A stretch of 64,000 nucleotides of DNA from the human T2T-CHM13v2.0 reference genome, Homo sapiens. Shown piece by piece: positions 38,249 to 58,700 of this stretch. A program made the translations under genes and the position numbers. Numbering within the stretch: position 1 is the first letter of the stretch; each line of letters starts with the position of its first letter. Under the pieces are notes generated by a model. It was not told the DNA's origin. It saw only the letters and a list, made by a program, of their open reading frames with translations, and searched no databases. The stretch lies in assembly GCF_009914755.1 (NCBI RefSeq), contig NC_060930.1. The stretch is one strand, 5' to 3'.

Positions 38249-39799
38249 AAATGCCACTACCAAGTATATTTTCAAAATGTATCTTACAATTGATAAAATA
38301 TGGTACATTTAGTTGAAAAATGTTTGGAATCTATTAACTAAGCTAAAGAGCAACCTTCAAGAATGCTTGCCTAGTACATCTTCTGTGGTGAAAATAGCCT
38401 GGAATTGTTACAAATCACATTCTAACACTATAGGTGTAGACCAGGCAACAGCTTGCAAGATTTAAGAACTACTGTCTTCCTTTCTAAAATACATAATCAC
38501 ATACTCAGTCAACCGATAAGCTTATAAATTATACAGATGTTTTAATTTAAAGATTAAATCTAAAATGTCACATGGTTTACATTCCATAAACATACATATA
38601 ATTAGTTATACTAACCTCTGATATACAAATGTCAGTTCTGATTGATGGCAACAGTCCCCATAATGGAATCTGACAGCTTGCAGATTATACCTGCCCCTTG
38701 GGACTCTACAACAAATCAGTTAGTTCCACTCACTTCCTCTTCAACATTTTTTATGTTCCCTTCTCTCCCATCAATTCACATGCACGAATGCACGCTCACA
38801 CACATAAAGCATAGTCTCAAATATCAAGTTATATTTATGTCAAGGATGGTGGCTTTCAATTACAAAATAAAAATGTATTCAAGTACAAAAGTATTCTCAC
38901 AGCATATTGTTTTTTGAAAAGTATAATATAATAAAGCTAAAGGACAAAGAGTGTCACCTGAAATGTATCTCGGTATTTTCATATTAGGAAAAATAAATGA
39001 TACTATTTTTAGCTAAAATTTCAAATTGACATTTACAAAAAAAAAGGATAATTCAAGAAGAAATTCTAAAGCTTTTGAAGGAACAGAGCAGGAAATGCTG
39101 GGAATTGGGGAGAGACGTTCTCCTATTCAAAATTGAACATGTAAAAAAATACTTTCCAGACTATGTGTGTTTACATCTGAAACACAATTCTTTTTGCAGT
39201 TCATTCTCTTTGCAGTTCTTTGTGTTAAGACATTTTTCATCAATCTCAGAATATACATACTGAAGTCTAGCCTCATTAGCATAAGCTTGTAAAAAAAGGG
39301 ACACAATACTTTGTTAACCTGAAACCTTAACTAATTACATATAATTGAGAAAAATACAAAATTGTTTATATTTCTGTTTATACAAACCATAAAGCCCGTG
39401 TTCATCACTCTAACTGCTTATCTGTAATACTCCAGGATTTTACTCCATTAATGTCTCGTAGAGCAGGCGTCTGCTACAACTTAGAATGCCTCTTTATGTT
39501 CGTAAAGACAGTTTGCTGTTCACATGTGACTAATTTGTGGTAGCAACTTGTCCTGTGGTGAGACCTAATCGTTACAATTGGGATATTCATAGAGAACAGG
39601 TTTCCTTCATTTATTGTAAAGTTGTGTTTTTCAAATCGGACTGGTTTGTGTGCCCTTTGAAAGCAAAACCAAACCAAACCAAAACAAAACACAACTTTGA
39701 ACATTTGACAGTCACTACCTCTTACCTGCTACATTTGTAAAACCCAGTTTGAGGATCAATCTTTTACTAAAAAGAAACACTTTAAAATGTCATACTGCA

Positions 39800-40130
<331 letters not shown>

Positions 40131-41199
40131 CTACTACACCTTAAATGTGATGAACTAAATAAATGTATTCTACAGTTCTCCACAAAAAAGACGCAAAATA
40201 ATAAAAATTTTATCTCTTCAAACTAATTCCAGTCAGTCAATATTAAGAGATTACATTTATTCAAGAATAAGTAGTCAAAAGTTTGTTTGGGGTGTACTTT
40301 TGGGAAAGGCAGACAGAGGAAAGGGGGAATCTAAAACCTTATCAACAAATTACAGTAAGATAAAGGCTACTGAAAATGACCGTTAATTAAGAAATAGATG
40401 TTTTCATAGTTCCTTATTGTTTACCCATTTCAATTATTTAAATCATTTCTCTTTTAATTGGAAAAAGAACAAAGAACATGGGTACATCTATAAACTTAAC
40501 CACAATTTATGTTTATCCAAGAGCTTCCTGATAGAAACCTGTGACTAACTCACTCATTCAATGTCCTTAGATGTGTGTCTATGGTTAGAATACAAAGATA
40601 ACTAGAAGTAGAAGTTATACTTTGAGAAAATATAGCAAAACAGAGGAGAAATGTGGTCCAAACTCTCTCTCACACAATGTTATGAAATGCAATGGTCATC
40701 TATGTGGTACAGCTGTCCCAATTCGAGTAACTGCCACTGCCACAACCTATACCTCAAGGTCCACATTACTAATATAGCACCAGTAGTGTAGTGTTAGAGC
40801 CAAGTGAAATTATACATTTTCTGTTATTTCCCCCTCCATTTCCCTTCCATTTCCTGCAATTTAACAACATTGGAAAACTAACAACATTAGAAAAAAGATC
40901 AAGGAACAATTATTTGCTATTGGTTTTGAAGTGGCTTAACAGAAGTTCACATACACTAAAAATAAGGTTTAGTAAAGTGATAAAAGAGAAAAGCAAATAT
41001 GATGAAAGTATACATAATATGTGATTATATATAAAACCTTGCTCAAAGCTTTTGACACTATATTGAGAAAGAAAAACTGGCACATAGCTTCAAATAGAGA
41101 CAAAAGAGAACCTCAATAAAAGTGTTATTCTGGCATCAAACTTTAAGAGCGGTTTCTTCTATAGAACACTATTCTGGAGACTGAATGACACAGTATGTT

Positions 41200-41592
41200 C
41201 ACTCAGTGACCATCTTGTTCAGTGAAATTTGTTCCCCAATGTGGCAATATTGGTAGGTGGGGCCTCGTGGGTGGTGTTTGGGTCATGACGTCAGATCCCT
41301 TATGAATAAATTAATGCCCTCCTTTGGGGGTGAGTGGATTTTCACTCTATTAGTTCCCAGAAGAACTGGCAGTCAAAAAGAGCCTGGAACCTACCCACCA
41401 ACAAACCCCTGCACTGGCTCCCCTTTTGCTTTCCGCCACTTAGCTGAAGCAGCCTGAGGCCCTCATCAGACGCCGATGCCCAATCTTGAACTTTCCAGCC
41501 ACCAGAATTATGAGCCAAATAAATACCTTTTCTTTATAAACTACCCTGTCTAAGGTATTCTGTTACAGCAACAATAAACGAACTAAGAGAAC
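41200..41592 (+). mobile_element. MST-type (MSTC/D-like) MaLR solo LTR, 5' end degraded
   Basis: 'ccccaatgtggcaatattgg...gtgtttgggtcatg...tcttgaactttccagcc...ggtattctgttacagcaacaataaacgaactaaga'. Confidence 0.85.
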
Positions 41593-42359
41593 AATACTTT
41601 CAGAATAAATGCAACAGCAACCTCATGAGACAATTACTTATAGTTCCTTCAGACAAAATCCAAAAGTTCAGCATTAAAACTCAACCTCTTGAAAGCAATT
41701 TTGTTCGTTATTTCTTAAATTAGAAAATGCATGAGTTTGTAAAGCATTCAAATCACAAAGAGACTCTCCCATCTCCTCTCCACTAGCTTGTTCTTCTCCC
41801 CTAAAACATACATTGCTTACTATATATATCCCTTTAAAAACAAACAAACAAAATATATATATGCTCTCAAATATTTTACACAAATGGGACAAAGGACACT
41901 GTGCCCTGTCTTATGATAGTTCTTGTAGGAGCTACAATGATGTTGTCAGAGCGAGTTGTCCAATTTGATGCAAATTAGTAATCCCCAGAGAAATAATTCT
42001 CATTTTTCTTGTTCTGTTTATTTGGGCCTAGGAGTGGTAAGTGGGGGCAAGGAAGCTTTTGTAACCACCATTAAGTAAAGCAGAGCCTCTGGGTAGCAGG
42101 AGAAGAATTTTTTACCACCATGTGATAAATTATGAAGGGGATTCTCATTATTTGATGCATATGCATATTGGAAAACACTGACTGAAGATTAAATAGGTAC
42201 TATGTATTTATATTATCTTCCTTAAATATAACTAATTTATTAAAATGAGTTTTTGATACGACATAAATATCAGATATTTCAACAATACTCACAAGCACAA
42301 AACCTGAAGTCCTTTTTATTAACTACAGTAATGTGATGTAATTATTATAAAAAGACTAT

Positions 42360-42575
42360 AACATCAGACTGAGCAGTCTGAGTACCTGCCATGGTACTTA
42401 CAGCAGTGTGACCTTGGGCAACTTAAACTCTCCCTGCTTCAATTTTCTCATCTGTAAAATGGAGATTAAAACGGTACTTACCTTTTAGGTTTCTTGTGAT
42501 TATGGGAATTATTTCATATAAAAAAGATTATAGCACAAAGCACATACTAAACTTATGTAAGTGTCTGCTATTATT
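42360..42575 (+). mobile_element. MIR SINE
   Basis: 'tgtgaccttgggcaa...ttttctcatctgtaaaatggagat'. Confidence 0.85.
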
Positions 42576-44182
42576 ATTGCTGTCCCTATCCCCAGTCCTG
42601 TACCACCATCACTACTACCACTATTTTGGGCAATTAACTGGTAAAGACACATCAGGGAAACCACTAGGTGCCACATCAGGGAAAGAATAAAATCATAAGC
42701 AAGGTAGTAGCCCAAAGTGTCTACACTGGCTTAATTACAAAATATACTTATGTAACAAAACAAACTAAGCTACTCTGCAAAACTGGTTGATGCTAGAAAT
42801 GATGTAACAGAATATCACCTTTTACTTCTTGTAGATAATATATCTCTATTTCTGAGAACACATTGATTGATACCAGAACCATCATTTCCAATCCTAATTA
42901 GAATAAAACCATAGAGCAGGGTATAAAAAGTCTACTTTAAACAACCTAAAATCAATAAAAACATTGTATGTTATATATTAAGGAGGAAAGTGCTGCTAAA
43001 AGGCATCCTTTTTTATTTTAATGACATATAATTCTCAGTAAGGGTAGGAGCATGATAGAAAGGGCAAAATATCAGTGTATATAATAGGAAAATATTCCCC
43101 GAGTGATCTGATATTACAACTTAAGATGAATTTCTTGGACACCAAGACTCCAATATCCATTTTCTTTTCAACTCTTTCTCACCATATTACCCCGATTTCA
43201 TTTAAGGAAATCACTTGCCAAAATGATTTTACAACACTATTTGCAAGGTTGAGAGCTGAAGTTACACTGTAGGTTTCCCTGCATGGGGTACTTTTATTAT
43301 CTTTAACTACTAGTTTATTATGAGAAAACAGCTTCGTACTTTAATAAGCATTTGTTTGATTGCTAGTGATGTTTAACATCTTATTTTTTTTTTGAAACTT
43401 TGCATTTTTCCCTTATGTGAAGAGTCCATTCAGTAAAATTTCTATTATCAGTTTGCATAAATTCTCCTTTTAATAGAGATATTAAGCATCAAAATAGAGC
43501 CATTTTAGATGGTAAATTTGGCAATGTTTATCAAATTTAAAATGCATAAACCCTACATTCAGCAATCTTGCTTTCATAATTCCATCCTAGAAAAAGGCAC
43601 AGACACAAATGAACATTCATAAGGTTCTTCTGAAGACAATAAGATCTCTACATACATACACAAAATTAAGTAAAAAAGACATAGTATTATGCATTTTATA
43701 TAAACACACACACAAAGTATGATACAATTTTTATTAAAGTAAAATAAAACTACGTATAAAAATGTTTCTCTACACCCTTCAGCCCCTGAGCTTACATATT
43801 TAGGTGGCTTTTCTCAAACCATATACCGTAGTAATATTTCCTTTTTATATGCTTCTGTGGCATCTCCATACCCACATTTTCAATTTTAGCAGTGACTACA
43901 CTATATTGCTTGCTCCCTCAATACACCCACAAGTACAACAAAGGGAGGAACAGTAACTCTCTTGACTGCTGTATCCACAATGCCTGGAAGTGGTCTGACA
44001 CATGGAACATACTCCAGTAACTGTTGATAAATTATACTTCTTGCAGGTAATAATTATCGATACCACAATATTGGTGATAACTATTCTGTCTAATGAGGAA
44101 AACAGAACAAAGTATATTTACATTTAATAATATATAATGTAAGCTCTACTATGTAGCTATGTAGGTTTAAAAAGTTCCTTTT

Positions 44183-44431
44183 CCTGAGAGGCCGAGGCAG
44201 GCAGATCACGAGGTCAGGAGATCGAGACCATCCTGGCCAACATGGTGAAACCCCATCTCTACTAAAAATACAAAATTAGCTGGGCGTGGTGGCACATGCC
44301 TGTAATCCCAGCTACTCAGAAGCTGAGGCAGGAGAATCGCTTGAACCAGGGAGGCGGAGGTTTCAGTGAGCCGAGATCTTGCCACTGCACTCCAGCCTGG
44401 GCAACAAGAGTAAAACTCCGTTTCAAAAAAA
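44183..44431 (+). mobile_element. 5'-truncated AluSc-like element
   Basis: Starts near 'gaggccgaggc'; perfect 14-bp TSD aaaaagttcctttt (44169-44182 / 44432-44445). Confidence 0.93.
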
Positions 44432-44718
44432 AAAAAGTTCCTTTTAAGACATTGTCACATAATAGGATTTGTGACTTAGAGAAATGTTCTCCTCCCTAAT
44501 CTGCTTGTATACACTTAACCACACTGAAAACTCTAAATGTGTATAAAAGCAAAGAAGCACATTTACTACATCTTGCACAAAGGCATTAGTACCTCCACTG
44601 TCCAGCCCTTGGCCTAATGAGATGATACTTCCTGTGTCCAGATATCATTTCCCTGAGAATGAATGTTGTTAAGGAAGGGTGGGATCTTAATGGCTCCCCT
44701 TGGATCTAAGCTAAACTA

Positions 44719-51329
<6,611 letters not shown>

Positions 51330-52967
51330 GACTCATAGATTTTTATAATGCTCCTGTCTCGTGACTTCCCCATCCCCTTCAATCCTCAGTCTTCTCCCTC
51401 ACCCCCGGACTCTCCTATCAAAACAGGCCACCTTTTACTCCTTTATCTCCCATAAGGCAACAACTGAGGTCTCCTGGCTTAATTTCCTCCAAAGCAAGAA
51501 AGCAGAGTGGGTGGTCCTATTAACATGGTTTCAATTCTATATTTGTATAAATAGTAATTTATTAACATTCTTAAATCTATATTCTTAGAGCCTCATTTAT
51601 CAATATACTATATCTGATATATTATGAAGGTTTAATGAAAACACATTCAATATCTTTCAGTCATGCATTTATCAAATATTTATTATACACCTACTAGTAC
51701 AAATCCTACAGTTCCCTACAATATAAGATGAAAAAATAACAGTACCTACATATCATTGGATTATAATGAATATGAGACACATTAATACTCACAAATCTTT
51801 AAAATAATGCCTGACAGATAGGGATCAATTGTGTTTTCTAACATCATCATCATTACCATCATGCAGGGTTTTTAAACTATTTTTAAAATTGTATTTATGC
51901 TTAAGTAGCTTATTAAACACTGATTGTTAAATGATTAACATACTGAACTGATATATGAAAAAGATACACAGTACTTTATCAAGCTACATAAAGGATTTTA
52001 CCCTGAATGTCCTTACTTATCCTTAGCAGAAGCTCAAACCTTCAGCAAATCCAGAAGCTGAAACAAATCCTTTTGTGCTGATAAAAATCTACACCATGTA
52101 TCATTTTACTTTCCCTTAGTTTTTTATTCCATATTTTATCAAGTAGCTTAAATTTATTTTATTTTATTTTTAGCTCTTTATACCAAATAGAGCACTGGGA
52201 AGGAGAATGGAGGAGTAGGGGCAAAGATTACTGATTATTATAGGTAGGTTATAAAACTGAACTGTATTTTCCAGAGCAAAGTACAATCAACATAGTAACA
52301 ACAATTTCTGTGCCTAAATATGTAATATAAAGAGACAAGGTCTAGAAGTCAAGCTGCTTTCTAATTTTCTGTGAAGACTATAGGTAACTTGATAATAAAG
52401 GATAACATCAAAATTAACTTTTATAATGATAAATTATGAAATGACAAACTAATAAAAATAGTATTTCCAGTTACTAATTTGAATGTGTTAAAATCCTGGA
52501 GTTGTACAGGGTCATTTTGCAGTCTTCGATGTTTTATTCAGGAGGCATGTCCATTTTTCAACTTACAGAGTTTTTACTAGCTATTATATACTATTTATTT
52601 TGTGGTATGTACTTTTAGGTAATCATATACACTCTGATTTTTCCAAAGGGAAAAATTTGGAAATGCTATAAACAAATGCCCAAGGAAGAGTTAAATAAAT
52701 ATAAAATATTCATATGATGCAGAGAGCATTCTGCAAGACCCTAGGAAGCTAGAAGCAGAGAATTCTCACCGTATGTTTGAGAATTGTGTCAAAATTGGTT
52801 CAAGAATCAGGAAAGCATGACGTTTGTAAACATTCCCTTAAGCTAAAGCCAAGAGACTGTAAGCTTAACTTCTATAAAAGGGGAGTGGAGTGACTTAGTA
52901 ACAATTGGCTTTTTTCTGAACTGTGGCAGCACCAAGCAACTGTGTGTCTCATAATGAAGGAAAAGTG

Positions 52968-53450
<483 letters not shown>

Positions 53451-53527
53451 AGAAAATGTGATGCATGCACATACACTCCCTCTGCTCCTGTTCTGTATTG
53501 CCATCATGCTTTCTTTAAGCATATGTT

Positions 53528-53722
53528 TGCACTGTTGGAAGGGACTTTCTGTGATAACCGTAATGTTCTGTGTATCTGCATTATCCAAGTTGGTAGCCAC
53601 TGGTAACTACTGAACAGTTGAAATCACGCTAATTGCAAATGAGGAAAATAATTTTTAATTTTATTTAATTTTAATTTTAACAGTCATTTATGGCTAGTGG
53701 CTACTGTATTGAGCAGTACTGC
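53528..53722. mobile_element. MER3-type hAT element
   Basis: 'actttctgtgataa...aatgttctgtgtatctgca...ggtagccact...tggctagtggctactgtattg'. Confidence 0.8.
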
Positions 53723-53949
53723 TCTATTTCCTAGTTTAATAAATGAGGGATACGTGGCAGGTTTGTGTGTCTAGTCTTTTTCTATCAATCAGTAACCTTT
53801 TAGTCTTTTCCCATCAATCAGTAACCCACTTTGTCAATGTCATTAAATTTCTTTTAGATATATATCTATCGACATAGATAGGCGTTCATGGTATATTTTA
53901 AAATAATAAAAAAGCAGGATATAAAGCAGCTTATTTGTATAGCTTTCTT

Positions 53950-54195
53950 AAAAGATAGCTAATACTTATTGAAAACTTATTGTGTGCCAAGAACTATTCC
54001 AAACACTTCACATGTATAAAATCAGTTAACTTTCAGGTAAAATCATCAATCCAACTTTTAACAGAACAATTTTTAAAATAAAGAAACTAAAACACATAGA
54101 ATTTGAGTAACCTGACCAAAGACCTAAGTGGCTGAGGTAGGGTTTCAATCCCGGTGATCTACTCCATAGACTATTTTACTTATGCCATACTGCCT
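53950..54195 (-). mobile_element. MIR SINE
   Basis: 'gctaatacttattgaaaacttattgtgtgccaag...gagtaacctgaccaaag'. Confidence 0.7.
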
Positions 54196-54614
54196 CTAAT
54201 TAAATATATTAATCTAATCTATCTTAGAACAAGTTAAATAGTATATGTACTTGTAATAACTTGTGACTAGATATGTTAGTTTTGTCTATTAATTTTTCTG
54301 TTAAAAAGAATATGCATTGAAATGAGATGGAAAACAAAATGAAAAGTGTTTAAAAAATTAAATATTTTAGAAGGATCAATATCCTAAGGGTTGTGGGTAA
54401 TTTTTTCCTACTTTCTAAAACTTCAGATTCCTTTCACTCACTTAAGGTTGTACTACCATTAATGCAATGTTTTCTGGGAGTGCAAGATTTGCAAATGAAT
54501 TAATAACAGCTAGAAGCCTCACTATTTGCACTTTTATAACATTCTTTGCTGTTATCATTACAAGGTAAAATTATATAGTAATAGGTGGAAAAAGTTATCA
54601 AAAATCAGTGAAAA

Positions 54615-55780
54615 CCACATGGGATTCATATGGAAATGAGAAGACCTGAAATAATCAAAATAACTTTGAAAAAGAACAAGTTGGAAGACTTAACCAGATT
54701 TCAAAACTTAACATATAGTTATAAAATCATGAGTATGGTATTAGCATAAAGATAAATATATAAATTGATGCAAAGAAATAGAATCCAAAAATAAACCCAC
54801 ACATATACAGTCAATTTGTTTTCAATAGAGGTGTCAAGTCAATTTGATGCTGGAAGTTCAAAAGACACTGTTACAAACGTCAAAAGGCAAACCTACTAGT
54901 TGGAAGGAAATGCTTGCAAAACACGTATCCAACAAAGAGCTTGTATTCAGTCATACATCTTACAGCTCAATTGCAAGACAAACTACCCACTTGAAATATT
55001 TTAGACAGGGCAAAAGACTTGAATACACACAACACCAAAGAAAACATATAGTTGCAAAAAAAAAAAAACATAAAAAGATGCTCAACATCATTAGTCATTG
55101 GGGAAATACAAATGAAAATAACCAGATGATACTACACACCAACTAGAATAACTAAAATTACAAAGAGTACTCATACAAGTTTTGAAGAAGATATGGAGAA
55201 ACTGGAACTTTCAATACTTGGCTGGTGGAGGGTATTGCTGCTTTGGAATACAGTTCGGTAGTTTCTCAAAAAAACATCTACTGTATGTCAGGCAATTCTA
55301 CTCCTAGGTATTTATCCCAAAATGAATGCATGCGTCCATACAAATACTTGTACATGAATGTTCATAGCAGATTTGTAACAGTCAAAAACTAGAAGCAAGC
55401 CATATGTCTGTGAAAATTGAAGGGATAAACAATCCATGGTATAACCAAGCAACTTGATATACTTAGCAGTACCAAAAAAATGAACTATTAATACATGCAA
55501 CAACATGGATAAATATCAACATAATAATGTAAGTGAAAGAAGCCAGATAAAAATGTATACGCTGTGTGACTCCACATATATAAAATTTTAAAAATGTAAA
55601 CAAATCTGTAGTCACATTAAGCATTTCAATGGGTGTTTGAGGACAGCAGGAGGAAGAGAGAGGGATGAATTATTTTGATTGTGATGATGGTTCCATAGGT
55701 ATACACATGTCAAAACTCATCAAATTGTATTTTTAAAATGTATATTTTGTGCACATTAGTTATGCCTCAATAAAGCTGAT
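54615..55780 (+). mobile_element. L1MC/MD-type 3' fragment
   Basis: ORF2-end motifs ('aaaaagatgctcaacatcattagtcatt', 'gcaattctactcctaggtatttatccc') and 3' end 'ttatgcctcaataaagctg'. Confidence 0.85.
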
Positions 55781-58700
55781 ATAAAATGTTTAAAGATCAA
55801 CCAGTATACCTGCATTAAATGTATCATGTAGTATCTAGTGCTTTCCTTAGAATATAATTGATTACTATTTTCTTTTCTAATAAGAAAAGTCTGAAATTTA
55901 GGAATGAATAAATAGCTTTTATCCTCTTATTTAGAAAAAGGATAAAATTTAAAATAAGAGCCTTCTTTTAAATCAACTCTTCAAAAGGTTTTCTTCTAGG
56001 ATCAATTCTATAGATTACTGTTCTGCCAAATGGGTAAGTCAAAGAGAAGTCAACTTACTTCCAAGTAAGTACCACTCATGTTTACTGTATTGCCATTTCT
56101 AAACAGGGAAGAAAATAATCTACCTTTTCTTTTGTCTTTGAATTGTAAGAGCCAGGCCTAGTTTGAACAGTCAATGTAGCACAATCATCAAGTCAATACT
56201 TTGGGGCTATGTTTCATGAAGTATAGTAAGTTAGGGGGAGAAATTAAAAAAAAAATGAGGAAGCAGAAAGGAACTAATACTTGTTGAAAGCGAATTATGT
56301 ACCAACCGTTATCCTCAAATTGTTTTCTATACATTGTATTAAATAATAACAGTAAAACAAGATACTGTTTTTGAATATTTTAGTCTTCTATAACTTGATG
56401 AAACAAAGCACTATCCAGTGAAAATGTTTTTAAGGTAAATTGGAAAGACTAGAGAGCACAGATATTATTCTTTCAGACTGTTAGTTTTGGAGTTGGAGTT
56501 CTGGGCCTGCCTCAGACACAGTTGAATCACCTCAAAAAGCACCACATCTTTCACACAATGTATTCGCCTGCTCAAAATTCCTTTAAAATATATGAAATAC
56601 TTTACAATATATAAATTAAATAATAATGAGAACTGAAGTATTATATTTGAAAATAATCTTAATCTTATTTTTTAGACATAGCAGATCCAAGATTAGTCTG
56701 CATTCAGTTGTGCTTTCATGACTGGAGAAAAAGAAGAGTTCTACCTGGAGCGCCAAGAAGTGGATAACCCATAGACCATTCAATGAGTAAGTCTAGAGGA
56801 GTGCATTGTATACATGCCTATCATCCATCAGCAGAAAAGACAAAGAACACTTTAAGGGGACCAGACCCAAGGAATCTCTGGGCTTAAAGAAATTTAAGCC
56901 TATGCCGATGGCTAAAACAGAAGACATCTGTGGTAATGTGACTGATAAATATGAATGTGAGGAAATTTCCTTTTCCTGAAGTTCATGAAGAATCAACTTT
57001 AATACTAAAAGGGAACTATTTGTTCTCCTCCATATCAACTTAGTTTTTGAGATATTCTTTTTGCCTCTTCCCCGTCAAACAGTGTTCAATTTGCTGTAGG
57101 TGAGTGAACGAAAAACGTTATTCTTAATAAGTAAGTCATCAGAAGTACACAGTTAACTTGGTATATCTAAGATAGGAATACTCTGCAGCTATCAAATGTC
57201 ACATAATATGAACTAGTATTTAATAATATGCAAAAATATTCCCTGGAAAAGAATTTAACAAAACAATATACAATCAACTTTCATTTTTAAATATTTTACT
57301 AGGAAATTGATTAAAAGGGTATATACTAAACATCTCTGTAATCTGCATTTTTAAACTTTTCTACAATGAGAATATTATCCTTTTAGAATCAGAAAAAATT
57401 GTGGGGTATGGAAATACTGAAAATAAAAGTCACTTTTAATTTGAATTGATTTTTAAAAGTGCTACAAAGCCACAGTTAGAAATGTAAAACTATGCAACAA
57501 CATACCTTGAAAATGACCTTTAGGATTCAAAATGGTTTAAAATATATGATCTAAAATAATATTTATCATAAAGAGGAATGCCCTCTAATGTTCCGTTGAC
57601 TGCAATTATCTAAGAACAATAGGTAGTAAATATGTCTATGTATTCAACCAAGGTTAAAATCAATGATGAATCCAAGCACAACTTATTTCCTTTAGAAAAC
57701 TATTTATGAGTATAATGGCACAAAGCTCTGAAAAATAAGATTACATATATTTCTAGTACTGATATATAGAAATAAATTTTATATAAAATTATGTCAAATA
57801 ATTTTACATATAAAATTAATATTTAATGTGTAAAATATAAATTCAAAATATAAATTCAAGAGAAACTAGGAAGTTACAGAAAATACAGCTCTCTACAATT
57901 CCTTTAATTAACCAGCTCAAAACTTGTATTTTAGGTTTACAGCAAATTTGCGGTTCTATTGCAGTGTTTGTGAGACAAGAGCCTTTTTGACAAAAATTGC
58001 CTGGAAAATTGACCAAAATAACTGCCCCCAAACAATAGAAAACTTGCTTCAGATCAAGAACTACTTGAAACTAAAAAAAATTGCCCCAAACTATCAAGCT
58101 TTCAGGATTCCAGGATCTCTGTACTTGCTTATTCATGTGACATCACAAGTGAAACTTGAACTTTTAGACATTTAATAAAATAACCTTAAAAATTTCAAAG
58201 GTATATGATGAGAACAAATAGACAATATCAGAAAATATCACAGATACTAATGAGTATGGAGAATGCCCTTATGTTTTTGTGGATGCCTTAGGAGAAGAAA
58301 TCTGATGTGTCTGAATTATGAAGTTCCTGCTCTATCAATAAAGTTTAATTTTTAGAGGAACTGATTGTTTAAAGAGTGAATTATGTCTGCCAAGACAATA
58401 TAGTTTTCCTGGAACTGTCATGGAATTTCTAGCTACATACCAACATTTGTGAAAAACACAAGCTGTATAAGACTCATGAAATGCATTTACCCCAGCATCC
58501 TTAAAAACCATTCCTGTATAAGATTCTCACTAACCAGATCTACATCTCCTTATAACTACATAGTTTTTAAAGAATATAGCTTATGAAACCTTTTCATCTG
58601 CATCTGTGGCACTGAATACCTAGCAATATATACTTCACCATTCTTTTATAAAACATTAGATGCTTAACAAACAAAAGCAAACAAAGTGCCAGCATGCCAC

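Noticed and set aside
39474-39704. 76-aa minus-strand ORF as an alternative terminal exon
   Set aside because: The nearest acceptor (TTTCAAAG|GGC) in phase 0 reaches a stop after 7 codons and does not use this frame; no homology recognised.
42476-42486. Perfect minus-strand donor AAG|GTAAGT
   Set aside because: Inside a MIR with no convincing upstream acceptor, and no pyrimidine tract for a recursive site.
53772-53826. 26-bp direct repeat with a short spacer (CRISPR-like at a glance)
   Set aside because: Only two copies with a 3-nt spacer in eukaryotic intron DNA; an ordinary tandem duplication.
56690-57110. Plus-strand donor-like motifs suggesting an antisense lncRNA exon
   Set aside because: No supporting promoter or exon chain can be established from sequence alone.
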